DNA of 63,830 bases, filler included, from Folioceros fuciformis (lineage: Eukaryota), in NCBI GenBank assembly GCA_049999805.1. It is 15 parts of 15 records of this genome, joined end to end, with 100 filler letters (N's around TTAATTAATTAA, not from the genome) between each part and the next. Parts side by side here need not be neighbours in the genome. Positions count along the whole stretch, not along the records: positions 23,300 to 28,519 come from JBNGIO010000230.1; positions 28,620 to 32,591 come from JBNGIO010000231.1; positions 32,692 to 33,846 come from JBNGIO010000233.1; positions 33,947 to 36,448 come from JBNGIO010000234.1; 11 more parts are not named here. One strand, 5' to 3'. Shown here piece by piece: positions 23,300 to 35,887 of this stretch. A model generated the notes under the pieces. That model searched no databases. It saw nothing but the letters and a program-made list of their open reading frames with translations, and was not told where the DNA came from. Numbering within the stretch: position 1 is the first letter of the stretch; every line of letters begins with the position of its first letter. A program made the translations under genes and the position numbers.

Positions 23300-26200
23300 T
23301 CTGTGCTTGATAAAGCCACAGTGGGCTGTTTCTTACTAGACCAACAAATTGGTCCTCCAGCTAACATGACTACATAACCTGAGACTGACTTCCTTGTGTC
23401 TATGTCTCCGGCATAATCAGAATCTGTGAAGACATCAAGATGTAAGGGTACTCCAGGTATGTTTCTGTAATTTATACCAATACTGTGAGTTCCCTTTAAG
23501 TATCTGAAAACTCTTTTAACACCTGTCCAGTGTGTTTGTCCTGGGTTTTCCAGATACTGTGATAAGACACTAGTAGCATAGGCTACTTCCGGCCTAGTTG
23601 TGTTTGCTGCATATATGAGTTTCCCAACTGCTTGTCTGTAAGGGACTAAACTCATTTTGCCCTTTTCTAATTGTATATCAGGACACATGGACTTACTCAT
23701 TTTCAGTCCACAAGGTAAAGGGGTTGCAGAAGGTTTAGCATCCTTCAATCCAAGTTGCTCAGCACTATTGAGAAGGTAACGTGGCTGCGTAAGTGAGATT
23801 GTTCTCTTCTTTCTGTCACGTTGAATAAGAATACCAAGGCAGCTCTGTAAGGCTCCTAGATGTGTCATCTCAAACTTGGTTGACAACATTTTATTAATGT
23901 CTTTGATGAAGGTGGGACTGTTACAAGCCAATATAAGGTCATCAACATATACTGCCAGGTAACACACTACTTCATTTGCCCTGTACACATATAAGCTTCC
24001 ATCTGAAACACATCTAACAAAACTCAAAGCTCGCAGCTCTTCGTCCAGGACAGCATTCCATTCAAGAGCTGATTGTTTCAGTCCATACAGGGTTTTAATT
24101 AAGCGTAAGACATGGTCTTCTTTCCCTTTAACCTCGTATCCTAGTGGCTGTTGCATATAAATCTCAGTATCCAGCTTTCCATGTAAGAAAGCTGTCTTTA
24201 CATCAAACATATCCAGCTCATAGTCATTGTGTGCTGCCAATGCACAGATGGTGCGAAAAGTGGCCAGCTTAACAACAGGAGCATATGTTTCAAGGTAATC
24301 GAGGCCTGGTACTTGAGAAAAGCCTCTGGCAACAAGCCTGGCTTTATAACGATCAAAGGTACCATCAGCCTTAACCTTTAATTTGAACACCCATTTGCAA
24401 GATACTGGCTTGCGTCCAGGAGGTAGTCTTGCTAATTCCCATGTTCCATTTTTGATGAGGGAATCGTATTCAGATTGAATGGCCTTCTTCCATTCAGCAG
24501 CATCAGGACGTCTCAAAGCTTCTTCATAAGATTGAGGCTCCATAGGATAAAGGTCAACTGCATGTGTAGAAGGTTTCCTAAAGTCTTGTGATTCATAAAA
24601 GTCTGGTGCACGTCTGTCCCGTGTAGAATAACGGCGTACAGGGAGAGGAGGTGGCTCGTCAATAGGAGCGGGAACATCCTCAAGGTTACTATCAACAAGA
24701 ACAGCAGGATCAGGATCAGCAACAACATGAGGAGGTTGGTCCTGAAGATCAGATTCAGCATCTGCAACTGGTTGCTGGTTGTCCTCATTATCACTTTGCT
24801 GGTGGTCTTCCCCCCCTGCAGGAGCAAACTCCTCATGAGGGTGATCAGGGAAAACCGTGATTTGAGGAAGAGCAGCTAGATCAAAATCGTCTGAAGAGGT
24901 GGGAGGAGCTCCCACCAGCTGCCAAACTTGTTGTTCATCAAAAGTAACACTGCGAGCATAAACTACAGTGTTCTCAGGTACATCATATAACTTGTATGCT
25001 TTAATACCTTCAGTGTAGCCTATCATAAGGTATTTCTTGGCTTTAGCAGCTAACTTAGCACGTTTCTTCTTAGGTATGAAGGCATAAGCTATGCATCCAA
25101 AGGTTCTAAGGTGTAAGATAGCTGGTTTTCTACCGAAGAAGGCTTCATAGGGAGTTTGTCCAGCAAGTGCATTAGTGGGCAGCCTGTTATGCAGGTACAC
25201 TGCTGTCATAAGGGCTTCAGCCCAATAGGAAAGAGGCAGAGAAGCTTGATGAAGCATAGAAGAAGTCATTTCCTGCAAAACAACATTCAAATGCTCTGCC
25301 ACACCATTTTGCTGTGGTGTATATACAACTGTAAGTTGCCTTCCTATTCCCTCGGCAGTACAAAAAGATTGAAATTCACCAGAAGTGAATTCACCTCCAT
25401 TGTCTGATCTGAGGGTTTTTAACTGCTTGCCAGTCCAGCGCTCTGTGTACTTCATGTAATCTTTGAATAGAGAAAAGCATTCACTTTTAGCTTTGAGAAT
25501 ATAAGCCATGACAAACCTTGTCTTGTCATCTGTGAATGTCAGGAAGTACTTGCCGCCACCAATTGAAGGCTGTGAGAGAGGTCCACAGATATCTGTGTGA
25601 ACCAGCTCAAGAACCTTTGAAGCCGTGTAGGGAGCCTTATTCTTGAAAACTGCCTGGTGACGTTTGGATAAGACGTAGGCTTCACATAGAGGTAGGGTTG
25701 GCAGTGTGCCAATTTTGCCATCAGCATACAGGTCACTGGTTGCAAGTTTCTGTAACTTAGCACTATGTGGGTGACCTAGGCGAGCATGCCACAGCTTAGC
25801 TTTATCTTCTGACTTACTAGAAGACTCTGTAGACTTAGCAGCTAAGTGTGTTTTTGCCGTATGGCTGTCTGTTTGCAGACGAAAGAGGTCATGTGAAGAT
25901 GACCCATAAGCTAGGATCTTACGATGGTCAAAGGCATCAATGATCCTACACTCTGTAGGAGTAAACAAGATGTGAGTATGATTATCCATGTTAAGTTTCC
26001 TAACAGAGATGAGATTCCTAGTCATTTCTGGAACATAGTACACATCTTTCAGTATGAGTGTTATTCCTGAAGGGACTGGAATCTCTACAGTGCCTCGTCC
26101 TGGAGACACAAGTGATCTGTCATCACCTAAGTAGACAAACTGATTGTCTACGAGCTTGTAAGTGACAAAAGCATTTTTGTCAAAACATATGTGCGCTGTG

Positions 26201-27255
26201 GCACCTGTGTCAAGGTACCACTCACTTACTGGTTTACCTTGTGTGTTTGCAGATAAGCAAGTGGGGTTAACAAGAGGATATGCAAACTTCCTAATCCCTA
26301 CTGTAAGGGCAGAAGTTGAGCCTTGCTTTTTCACCACTACGTTTGTCTCTGAAGTGGAGTTGCCCTCCTTGCGAGGTACTCCGGCCTGTTTCTTTCGACA
26401 TTCGTTTTCCCAATGTCCTGGAATCTGGCACCAGTGGCATTTTCCAGATTTATTGGGTTTCTTCTGTGCTGTCCCTCGCCGTGAGGAACTAGCACCTTGA
26501 AAGGTATTTGGTTTACCTTTAAAGTTGGGTCTTGCACCCTTGTTTTTATTTGTGGTGTAAAGAGCCTGCTGCTTACCAGCACGCCTGTTCTGTCCTCTTG
26601 TAGCCTCTTCCTGGAGAAGAGCTCCCACTAACTCAGAAAATGTTGTGTGTGGTATTGTGACACCTGCAGCCTTAGCGATCTTTGAAGCCTGTAGCTGAGA
26701 AGCATTGTAAGATGTCACAAAGTGTGACCATGAGTCAGGCAGAGACATCATAAAATACAGGGTAAGGAGCTCATCAGTCAGAGCCTCCTGTGAAGCACTT
26801 TCCAGCTTAGAAATAAGGGATCTAAAGTGCCCAACATGTTTTTCAACTGTCTCTCCTTCTCTCATTCTACAATTTTGTATGTTGCGAAGGGCTGTCATTT
26901 GACTTGTGGTATTGACGCCTGCGTACAGTTCGTGCAATCTGGTCCAAATCTCAAGAGATGTATTACAGCCAGAAGTTTGTCGCAGCATATCAGAGGTTAG
27001 TCCACTCCTCAACAAGTGTTGTGCAGCTTCATCCTTCGCATACCAAGCTTCCTGTAATTTCTTTTCAGAAGCAGAGGGAGTGGCCTCATCAGAGGCATCA
27101 AGTACAGGACGTGTCTCGTCTCCTGTTACTATTCGCCACAACCTCTTGCTTTGTAAGGCTCCTTTCATACGCATGACCCAGATGTCATAATCAGTTCCCC
27201 CGAATCTATCTTTCTCAGTAAAAATAACACCACCAGCTCCAGTGGTGTCAGCCAT
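23300..27255 (-). CDS. Copia-C gag-pol polyprotein, open, 3' end cut by the gap
   Basis: More than 1300 codons without a stop: CHWCQIPGHWENEC, WYLDTGAT, LWHARLGH, HTDICGP/SDNGGEF/QNGVAE, YVDD, FTDSDYAGD. Confidence 0.93.
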
Positions 27256-27409
27256 TTGTTAGAATGTGGTGATTCTATCCTGACTGTTAGGAAGAATGGC
27301 TATGTAAAGACTTGTAACCTATCCAGACAAGGTACAAATTGAAGAGAAAGACAAGGGAAGGGTAAGATGCTACTGTTGCATCTTAGATAGACTGCAAGAG
27401 CAGTCCTGT

Positions 27410-28117
27410 CTACAAAGGATGAGCAAACCTACCAACTTGAGGTAAATTGGCTTGTTGATTTGCTAATCTATTTTCTATCCTTTGATGTCTAATCTCGAAC
27501 CTGTTAAATGCATAAACAGAGCATGAAGGAAAGGAATTTGGGGCATCAAAAGTATGTTGCCTATATTTCTTGTCAGCACGTTTGCAGGCAACACCTCTGT
27601 GTGCTGGATTTGTTAGCAAAACGGGCTTGAGCAAGGTAAGCAACTTGAAGTCCAAATGTCCTATTCGTTCCTTCAATTCTTGCAAGTCAACACTTACTTC
27701 AACTATCTTGTGACGAATGCTCTGGAAACGCTCATCAACATGCTGTTGATGTGTTTCTATTCTTGCATTTAATTGTGATACACTAACATGTTGTGATGTG
27801 TGTGTTGTCAGGAAACCCCTAGGGTTACCGTTTACAGCAAGTGGAAGATTGTCTTGGTTTCTGGGTGGTGGAGCAAGCAGCAGATGACGCTGATGTGGGA
27901 AGATTGCTTCAATCAGATTATTGAAGGAATCCCTCACAATCTGTGAGTGTTCAGGCTGGTCTTGTGTTTGAAGAATCCAATCCAGGGTTTGATGGTAAAG
28001 TGATTCTGCGAACATCAGCCTGCCCTCTTGGATTTGTTGTCCTCTGTGAGCATTCCTCTGTTGGATGCGCTCAGCAGGGCGTTGTCGCCATCGCTGCCCG
28101 TCCACCAGGTTGGCCAT
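27410..28117 (-). CDS. Accessory ORF of unknown function (235 aa) between PBS and gag
   Basis: ATG GCC start, open for 235 codons in otherwise AT-rich leader; heptad-like segment VSQLNARIETHQQHVDERFQSIRHKIVEVSVDLQELKERIGHL. Confidence 0.65.
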   Translation of the reverse strand: MANLVDGQRWRQRPAERIQQRNAHRGQQIQEGRLMFAESLYHQTLDWILQTQDQPEHSQIVRDSFNNLIEAIFPHQRHLLLAPPPRNQDNLPLAVNGNPRGFLTTHTSQHVSVSQLNARIETHQQHVDERFQSIRHKIVEVSVDLQELKERIGHLDFKLLTLLKPVLLTNPAHRGVACKRADKKYRQHTFDAPNSFPSCSVYAFNRFEIRHQRIENRLANQQANLPQVGRFAHPL

Positions 28118-29149
28118 TCATGTGGCCAGCCTTTTTGTATTTTGTTATTTTTCAAGAAACATGTGTAGCTTTGTAAATAATTCTATAATAAAATATTTGC
28201 CAATTCTGGCAGTTGTTCTAGCGTGCCTAGTGCCAGATTGCAGAAGTGCAATCTGACAATGGATGCACTAGAACAGCCTCCTAGAAATGCAAATCTTTTG
28301 AAATATAAATCAAAAAAGCTATAAACTCATTTCTTGAAATTTGTTTTAAAGGTTTCTTTACAAGAAAACAACAATCAAAACATATAAACAAAATACATTG
28401 TCCCGCACATCAGAATGTGCAGATTTTAATGTGCATTCTCACAAATGCAATCTACACCTAAACATGGCTCTGATACCATGACAAATATTGGATTGGATTG
28501 GTGTAGACCAATTGCTATANNNNNNNNNNNNNNNNNNNNNNNNNNNNNNNNNNNNNNNNNNNNTTAATTAATTAANNNNNNNNNNNNNNNNNNNNNNNNN
28601 NNNNNNNNNNNNNNNNNNNAGGCAGAGCAAGGCAGGGGGCAGGATGGGGTACCGCGGGGCAGAGCAAGGCAGGGGGTAGGACGGGGTAGCGCGGGGGGGA
28701 AAAATCACCGCAGGATTGCGGGCTGGACCACGAATTGGAGTCGAGGTTGGGGAATTTGGACAGCGGACAGGAGAGTTGGGTAGGCGGGATGAGAGCCAGG
28801 GCAGGATCTGTGGGCGTGCCGGTTGGCAGATCCTGCAACGGGGGTCCAAGCTCAGCAGCCAGACCCCAGACTACTTACTATGCGAAGGGTCTGGCTAGTA
28901 GGATGGACAGCAGTGGGGTGGCTAGGGGCGGGATGGAGTAATGGAAGCTGGGTAGAACAAAGTAGGAGAAGGGAGGAAGGGAAGGAGAGGAATGGGGATG
29001 GGAGGGAGGAAGGGGAATGAGAATGGGAGTGGCCGCACTCCTGCCCTAGCTAGGGCATGGCTCTCACGGCGTTTAGTCCATCATGCAATCAGCCAGCTAG
29101 ACCTGACATTTGACGCTAAATCCCATATTCCCTAACATCTGACCCTAAA

Positions 29150-29506
29150 GCCCATATTCCCGCTTCTAGGTTTGAATAATTATTCAATTATTTAATATTA
29201 TTTAATACTAATACATTTCATTAATATTAAACAAATCACCAAACCTAGATTCAAACTTTCCCGACCCTATGGTCCAGTACCAGACCTAAACTTTTCCAGG
29301 TCTGGGACCAAACCTATACCCAGTCTAATAACCAAACCAATTATTCCCTGGTCAATTAACCTAATTAGCACAAGAAACAATAGGAAAAATGACCAGAAAA
29401 TAAAGGAAAATTAGGGAAAGTAAGTAGAAAAAGAAAACCAAACCATACCACTATTAACTCTTTTTTAACCAAAACAAAACACTACCCCAAACTTTGGAGG
29501 TTCACA
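29150..29506 (-). repeat. Part of a gypsy-type LTR (starts TGTGAACCTCC on minus), homologous to 45560-45930
   Basis: Strong identity with 45560-45930; similarity stops exactly after GGAGGTTCACA in both copies. Confidence 0.8.
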
Positions 29507-31067
29507 CCAACGCAAGTGCCGAGGACGTGCACATGGAAGAGCCATTTGGGAATGGCTATCTAAGATTCACATGCTCTCACCCCAACGGCCACCTTCACTC
29601 TTCATGGTCTGCATATCTACCTTCAGCTAGCCCCATGGCTTGCCGGCAGAATCACAAACATGGAAACGTTCTCTGTTGTGGACTCAAAACCCCGAGACCC
29701 CAAGATTCCTTGTATAGTGGCCACACCCACTACTATTGTAGGCTTCCCTCGTTCATCCCCATGAGTGAGTTGCTATCCTCAGTGTTCGAAATTGAGTAGC
29801 GCTACTAGTGAGAAAATTTGAGTGAAAGGTTGGAGTGACAATCCTCTCAAAATGGAAGATGTAATTCTCCAAAAATTAGCACATAAGGGTTCTGCAAAGC
29901 CAAGTTTGGAAACGTCACACCAAAAAGCGTTTTACAACACTAGAAATCCACATTGAGATGAGCAGTCTCAACTATTCTTATCTTGCTATTTATTTCAAGC
30001 TAGGGGGGCTTAGACACCAATGGTGTCATTAAGACAAAACCAAAAGTAGTTTGTTGAGTATTCCGTCTAATTAAAGGCAATCAACTATTTTGATCTCTTA
30101 GAAGCTATTTATCACTCTTGGCCTAGCCATTCTCCTCCTATAACCGTTGTGCAGGCAGATGTCATCCTCTCACTGCTATCATTGCCCTAATCCCCTTGCT
30201 AATGTCTCTTGGCGCGCCATAGAGGTGAGGTGCTGTTTTCTTTAGGGTGGGGTCGCTTAACCCCCTTGGATGTTGTTGCAAAAGCTTTGATTGGGTCTGG
30301 ATCACTTTGCGAGGAAGATCCTGTGCCTCTTGGGCCTCCAGCACAATCGGATTCACCAATTGGGTGCCCTCTTCTAACTTCTTACTTCCTCCTTCCACTT
30401 GCATAGGGCTACCTTCAGCACCTGTAGGTTTGCTCTCTGTCTACACAATAAGGCCCTTTGCTCTCCTTTGGACCTCTTCATGTCCCTTTCCTTTCTCCAT
30501 AGGAAGGTCTTCCTTCTTGAGTTGTCTCCCTTCATCGCTCATAGGCATACTCCCTTTCTTCTCCATAGGTGTTTCCGTGGCTGGTCCCTCATGAGGCAGT
30601 AGGTCTGCCAAGTCAAACAACATGTGTCCAACTTCTTGTGCCCATTCTTCCTCCTCCTGTGTTAGCACTTCTTCTCATTCAAAATCTTGAACATCCCTAT
30701 CATTGTCCTCCTTCCATTCTGACATGGGAGGAATGGCTTTCTTCAACTCTGCTTGGTTATCGTTATGTGACCCAATTGCATTCCTCCTTATAAGCCTCAG
30801 CAACTCCTACTTGGTCTTCAAGGTCTTGCTATGTAGGCGAACTCTCTCCTCTTCCAATGTCATCTCCAACTCCTTCAAATCCAATGGATCCCCTTGCGTA
30901 CATTGTTGGTAGGCATTCCTCTCAAAAGTGAGTTTGCCCACTCAAAGCTGTAAGGAAAATGCTGGAAAGGGATGAATGCGCTAAAGGGAGAGCTTGATCT
31001 CCCTACTCGCCATCTTTGTCTCATCTTTAGGTGGCTTTAGAATGGTATTTTAGAAAGCGGTAGAAAG

Positions 31068-32200
31068 GTGTTGCCCGTGCAAACGGAGGTTGGAGGGGAT
31101 TCATGGGCAACCTATGAGATGGAAGGCAAGGAAGAAGAGGAGGATTTGGAGGGGGAGCTGGTCCTCCCTGACTTCGACCAGGCAGTGTATATCTCCATAC
31201 CAAACCAACAACTAGTTGCTTTGTCCTTCAAAGTTGCGTCTTCGTGTGGGTTTCAAGAAGGACAGGCTAGAGAGGAGTTTGCGTTTGGCAATGGATTCCT
31301 ACATCCAATCATGGTTCTGTATCACTCGACTCGAGCAGGCAGGTGGCTAACCGTCGACGAGATACCAAGTGGTCATCAATATGCTATCGCAACCAGGAGC
31401 ATGTGTTGGTTTCGGCTTGCGGAGAACTCTGACCTCACTATGAGGCCTGACCTTTGGCGCTGGCCGAAGCACCCGGGTGGTTCCAGTGATAGTTCACACT
31501 CTTTCTTTAACATGTGCACTACAAATATCTACCACTGGCTCATCAAGAAGCAAAGGAATAGCAAGCGTGAACCGGTGGCCTCGAGGTATAGGCTTCCCAT
31601 TGCCCGACAACACTTGGCTCTCAAACTCCTTTGGATGGCCGTTGGCATTCCTCCAAAGGTCAAGTTCCTCGTCTAGTGTTTGTTTCAAGTTTGCTTACCT
31701 ACAGCGGATTGGTGGGATGGGTTGCTAGTGACAAGAGGGGAGGAATTTTGTAGGATGTGCCCCCTTGGTGATCCTAACAAAAGCCAGCATTTGTTCTCCC
31801 AATGAGCCTATGCTCAGGCAGTTTGGGGGGAAGTCTATAGATGGTTGCAGCGCCTCTTTCCAACGGCGAATGTTACTGTTACAGAGCAAACATCTATCTT
31901 TGGCCTTAGATAGTCGTCTAGCAAGCCTCTTTTCCGGTTCCAATGGTGGGGCCTACTGTGGAGCTCTTGCCTCTACAGTCTATGGTTAAACTAGATAGCG
32001 GTGGTGTATGGTGGTAAGGATCCATTATCAGTCAAGGCCATGCTCTGGACTATTTGGGAGCAAGTACTAATTGCGGCAGAAGGGATAAGGGCCAATGTGC
32101 AGAGGAATTTCAAACGCAGCGACTGGAGCCGAGCTAGTTTTCTCATTCCGGGAAACGAGATGAGATGGAACCCCCTATGCCCTTGGAGGACGTAAGACCT
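31068..32200 (+). mobile_element. Degenerate L1-type LINE ORF2, C-terminal region
   Basis: LLWMAVGIPPKVKFLV*CLFQVCLPT is zf-RVT-like; homologous to 33198-33846, which is linked to an L1 RT. Confidence 0.7.
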
Positions 32201-32691
32201 TTGGTGTGTCACCAATGCGGTGGTGGGATCTCTCTCGTCGATACATCACTCCTCGGGGGTTGCTATCTCAGGGGCTTTATCAAACTTGTCTGAAAATGCT
32301 AGTTGCATAGGACATCCGTTCTTTGCCTAGCATCTTGTATTCCTTTCTACGCACAAGCTATCATAATCTAACCTTTTTTCCACGAAAAAAAGGAAGCATT
32401 TTCTTCCTGCAAGAGACGAGGCTGAGTTAATAAACCAAATTGGATGGCATAGTCCACTCGGAACCTATGAATTTCAACATCTTTGGGTTCTTCCAATTGC
32501 GCCTTCAGGCTCCATAATTGTGACACCTGTTCACGCAACGTAGCTTCAATCTATTGCTTCTCCACTTTCAGGTTAGTAATCTGTTTAAGCCNNNNNNNNN
32601 NNNNNNNNNNNNNNNNNNNNNNNNNNNNNNNNNNNTTAATTAATTAANNNNNNNNNNNNNNNNNNNNNNNNNNNNNNNNNNNNNNNNNNNN

Positions 32692-33846
32692 CTAAGGTAC
32701 TGGCTAACCGAATTACTCCCTTTCTTGATGATTGGATTGAGAAAGAACAGCAAGGGTTTATTCAAAACAGGTGCATCCTGGATAACCTATTACTCTTGCG
32801 GGAAGCAAAATACAACACTCAGGTACAGAAGAAAGCCGCTGTCTTCCTTTCCCTTGACTTTTACAAGGCCTATGATTATGTTGAATGGCATTTCCTGTGG
32901 TGATTTTTGCGTAGTTTCGGGTTCGGGAACAATTTCTACAGATGGACTTCCATTTTTGTGTGAAGACGCAGGGGTGAATTCTCTTGTGCGGATGATGTTC
33001 TTGGTATTCCTTTGCAGGGGTTCTCAAGGTTGTGGGTGCAGGAATTCAGGTCAAGGGTATATCGGTCACAATTTTTTGGGTTGGCTTGCCAGAGAGGAGC
33101 GATCCAACTTGGCCATCTATGGAATAGATCTGATTCTCGGTGGAAGGAGGTCAAAGGGGAGTTTGGTCTAGGGACCCGGTAGGTCAGACTCATCTTTTTG
33201 TGGTTGCACGAGGTTCTGGAGGAAAAGGTGCAACAGGTCTTAAGGCAACAACCAGTCTTGGGAGGGGATGGGTGGTATGCGTACCCCATGGATAGTAGTG
33301 GAGCCGACTTGGAGGAGGAAGATGACCAAGCGGAAGACTTAGAACTAGATAGGGCAATTTGGCTTGCGAGATCGAATGGCAATGAGACGCTGAAGTCGTT
33401 CAAGTTCGTGTCACCGGATGGACTTTTGGAAGAGCAGGGCAAGGAGGATGGCGTAGGTCGAGGAGAGGAATTGCGGGCTATCACTGTCCTCGCCAAGTCC
33501 TTTCGGGCAGGGCGATGGTGCAGCACAGGTGAACGCCCAAGTGGGCCGAAAGTCTCCGACAAAGCAAAGGTCCAGCATTGGTTCCGACTTTGCGAGAATT
33601 GGGCCCTGACCCTCGGACCAGATCTCTACAAGTGGCCCAGACAGCCGGGATGCAAGAAGGCTACCCCTCGGTCCTTCTTCAATTTCCCGACATTGGACCT
33701 GTTTCTCTAGTTGGTGCGCACGTAGAAAATCAAACAAAGACAACCGATGGCCCCCTGATTGCAATTAGCTAGACGGCGTCAAAGGGAAGCCATCAAACTT
33801 TTTTGGAAGTCCGCTTGTATCCCTCCCAAGGTCAGATATACAGTTT
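32692..33846 (+). mobile_element. Internally deleted L1-type LINE ORF2 fragment
   Basis: 32694-32900 reads KVLANRITPFLDDWIEKEQQGFIQNRCILDN...LSLDFYKAYDYVEWHFLW (non-LTR RT); contig ends FWKSACIPPKVRY. Confidence 0.85.
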
Positions 33847-33946
33847 NNNNNNNNNNNNNNNNNNNNNNNNNNNNNNNNNNNNNNNNNNNNTTAATTAATT
33901 AANNNNNNNNNNNNNNNNNNNNNNNNNNNNNNNNNNNNNNNNNNNN

Positions 33947-34673
33947 GATCCTGAGTAAGCAATGCAAGCGCTTCGTCCAGTGGCCACCCTCAGAATGCTC
34001 TCCCTGTGTTGGGGGCCTACCTCTACGTTTCCCTCCCTTCACCCATCTTGCGCAAATGATGCAGGTACAGCGGGACTGGTCTGCTGACCGCCAAAAGCGA
34101 CGTCTACAGCTTCGGGTTAGTGCTGTTGGAAATCCTTTGCGGCCAGTCTCCCGTCTTTCAAGGCGGTGACCAGGGGAAATCCATCGTGGACAAGTTGAGA
34201 ATTGCCGCGCCTGACTGGGTTTCCTTTGTGTGCACTCAGTGGCTGTCGCGTGCCTGTCTGTAACCAGCTCTCTCTCCGAATAGGTGCGTGCTGCGATGCA
34301 CACTGGTACGCTGTCGGCTGATGCGGATCCTGTTCTCCGAGGCGACTTCAAGGAGGAGGCATTGCGGAGATACGCGGAAGTGGCCATGTCGTGCGTGGCC
34401 GCCTCCGGCGACGACAGGCCCCAAATGAACAAGGTGGTGTCCGATATTGGCCAGACCCTGGAAATGGAATTCGGTCCCCAAACACGTGGGGAAAGCTCTG
34501 GACACAGCGGCAGCGACTCTAAACCGACCTCCGACCGGTCACAGACAACCCCTACGGCGTCGATGTGTCCTCCCAAATCTTCTACAACTATGATGGTCCT
34601 TCAGCCTAGTGAAAGCACTGTCAGTAGCGTGATGGAGAGTGGCGTCACTCAGCCCTTGTGCCGTTCCTCCTAG
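33947..34673 (+). CDS. 3' exons of a receptor-like (RLK/Pelle) kinase; exons <33947-33954, 34065-34194, 34284-34673
   Basis: DPE|YSGTGLLTAKSDVYSFGLVLLEILCG...IVDK|VRAA...ADPVLRGDF...AEVAMSCV...RPQMNKVV (subdomains VIII-XI). The second intron donor is non-canonical, so it may be a pseudogene. Confidence 0.85.
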
Positions 34674-35654
34674 GTTGGGTCGCTTGGCATTTGCAAGCTG
34701 TTTGCAGCCGCGATATTTCAAAGGTCTCGAGGAATCTTAACATCTCCAAGGTGACTATTTTGATGCATATTAGGTCTCTACCTCGTTTTTTTGCTAGTGA
34801 GGCAAAGTAAGTAATAGGATTGAGGACCCAAATATGAAAGGCTTGAGAAAGTTGAATTGACTTGATAACACGTCATATTTGTAAGAGATCCTTTGTCAAA
34901 GTCCAAAAAGCCATGACAATTGATGAGCTCCTACGAAAGCAAATAACTATCTTATTTCTTATATTTTCCTGGACAGCTTACATTCAATGTCCTTGTTAAG
35001 CCAATGACGTGCATATCTTGTGTAATTAAGAGGCATTCTTTATAAAGATAGAGAATGACTCGAGTTGCATGTTCCCCTTCCATGTATGCTTGAGGACAAC
35101 TACCTTGAAAAACATAGAAAGTTTAGCGCAAGTTATTAAGTATTGGGCTCCATAAGCCCAAAGCTCTTCCTTGCCATGGGTCTAGCTATCGTCTTCATCT
35201 GATGGAAAAATCTTGTTGGCCCCTCTTAAGTCACAAAGATCTTCATTCACTCCCACCATCACAATAGCTCTTTGTTACGCTATGAATTAAGGTCTCCTCA
35301 GAAGTGGAGAATGCTCCTCATAGATAGTTTGGCGATTCAAACAACAAGGGTGTGTTTTCAAAAGGTGCTCATATGGCCTATCTTAAAAATGTGTTGAAGA
35401 AAGAGTTAACCTCCAAATGGTGCAATTTCACAAGAACATGCGAAAACATCATTAACATTCTACTATGACTTATCCCTCCGGCATTATTAGCTTTTTAACT
35501 ACTCTTTACAAGCAAGCCTTACTGTTAGGGTGTAAAGTACACGTGTCCTAGGTCACAATTACATTTTATTGTAAACTAGTCGGAACACCGGATTTTGAAA
35601 ATATCTTGTTATATCCACTACGAATAATGTAGGCGGGCAATAGCTTTGACACGA

Positions 35655-35887
35655 CATACATCCTCGGTATGTCTATGATTGGGTTCAATTTTCCATCACA
35701 AGTAGAACTCCATAGTTTTCACTACAACTTCATACATCCTCGGTATGTCTATGATTGGGTTCAATTTTCCATCACAAGTAGAACTCCATAGTTTTCACTA
35801 CAACTCCATACATCCTTGGTATGTCTATGATTGGGTTCAATTTTCCATCACAAGTAGAACTCCATAGTTTAGACTACAACTCCATAA
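35655..35887. repeat. Tandem repeat, 76-bp unit x3
   Basis: CATACATCC(T/C)... recurs at 35655, 35731 and 35807. Confidence 0.9.

Larger units (their letters stand above)
23300..28519 (-). mobile_element. Ty1/copia 5' portion (Copia-C) with an extra ORF upstream of gag
   Basis: LTR fragment 28479-28519 (ends CA on minus), PBS 28467-28478, extra ORF 27410-28117, uninterrupted gag-pol running into the gap. Confidence 0.95.
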
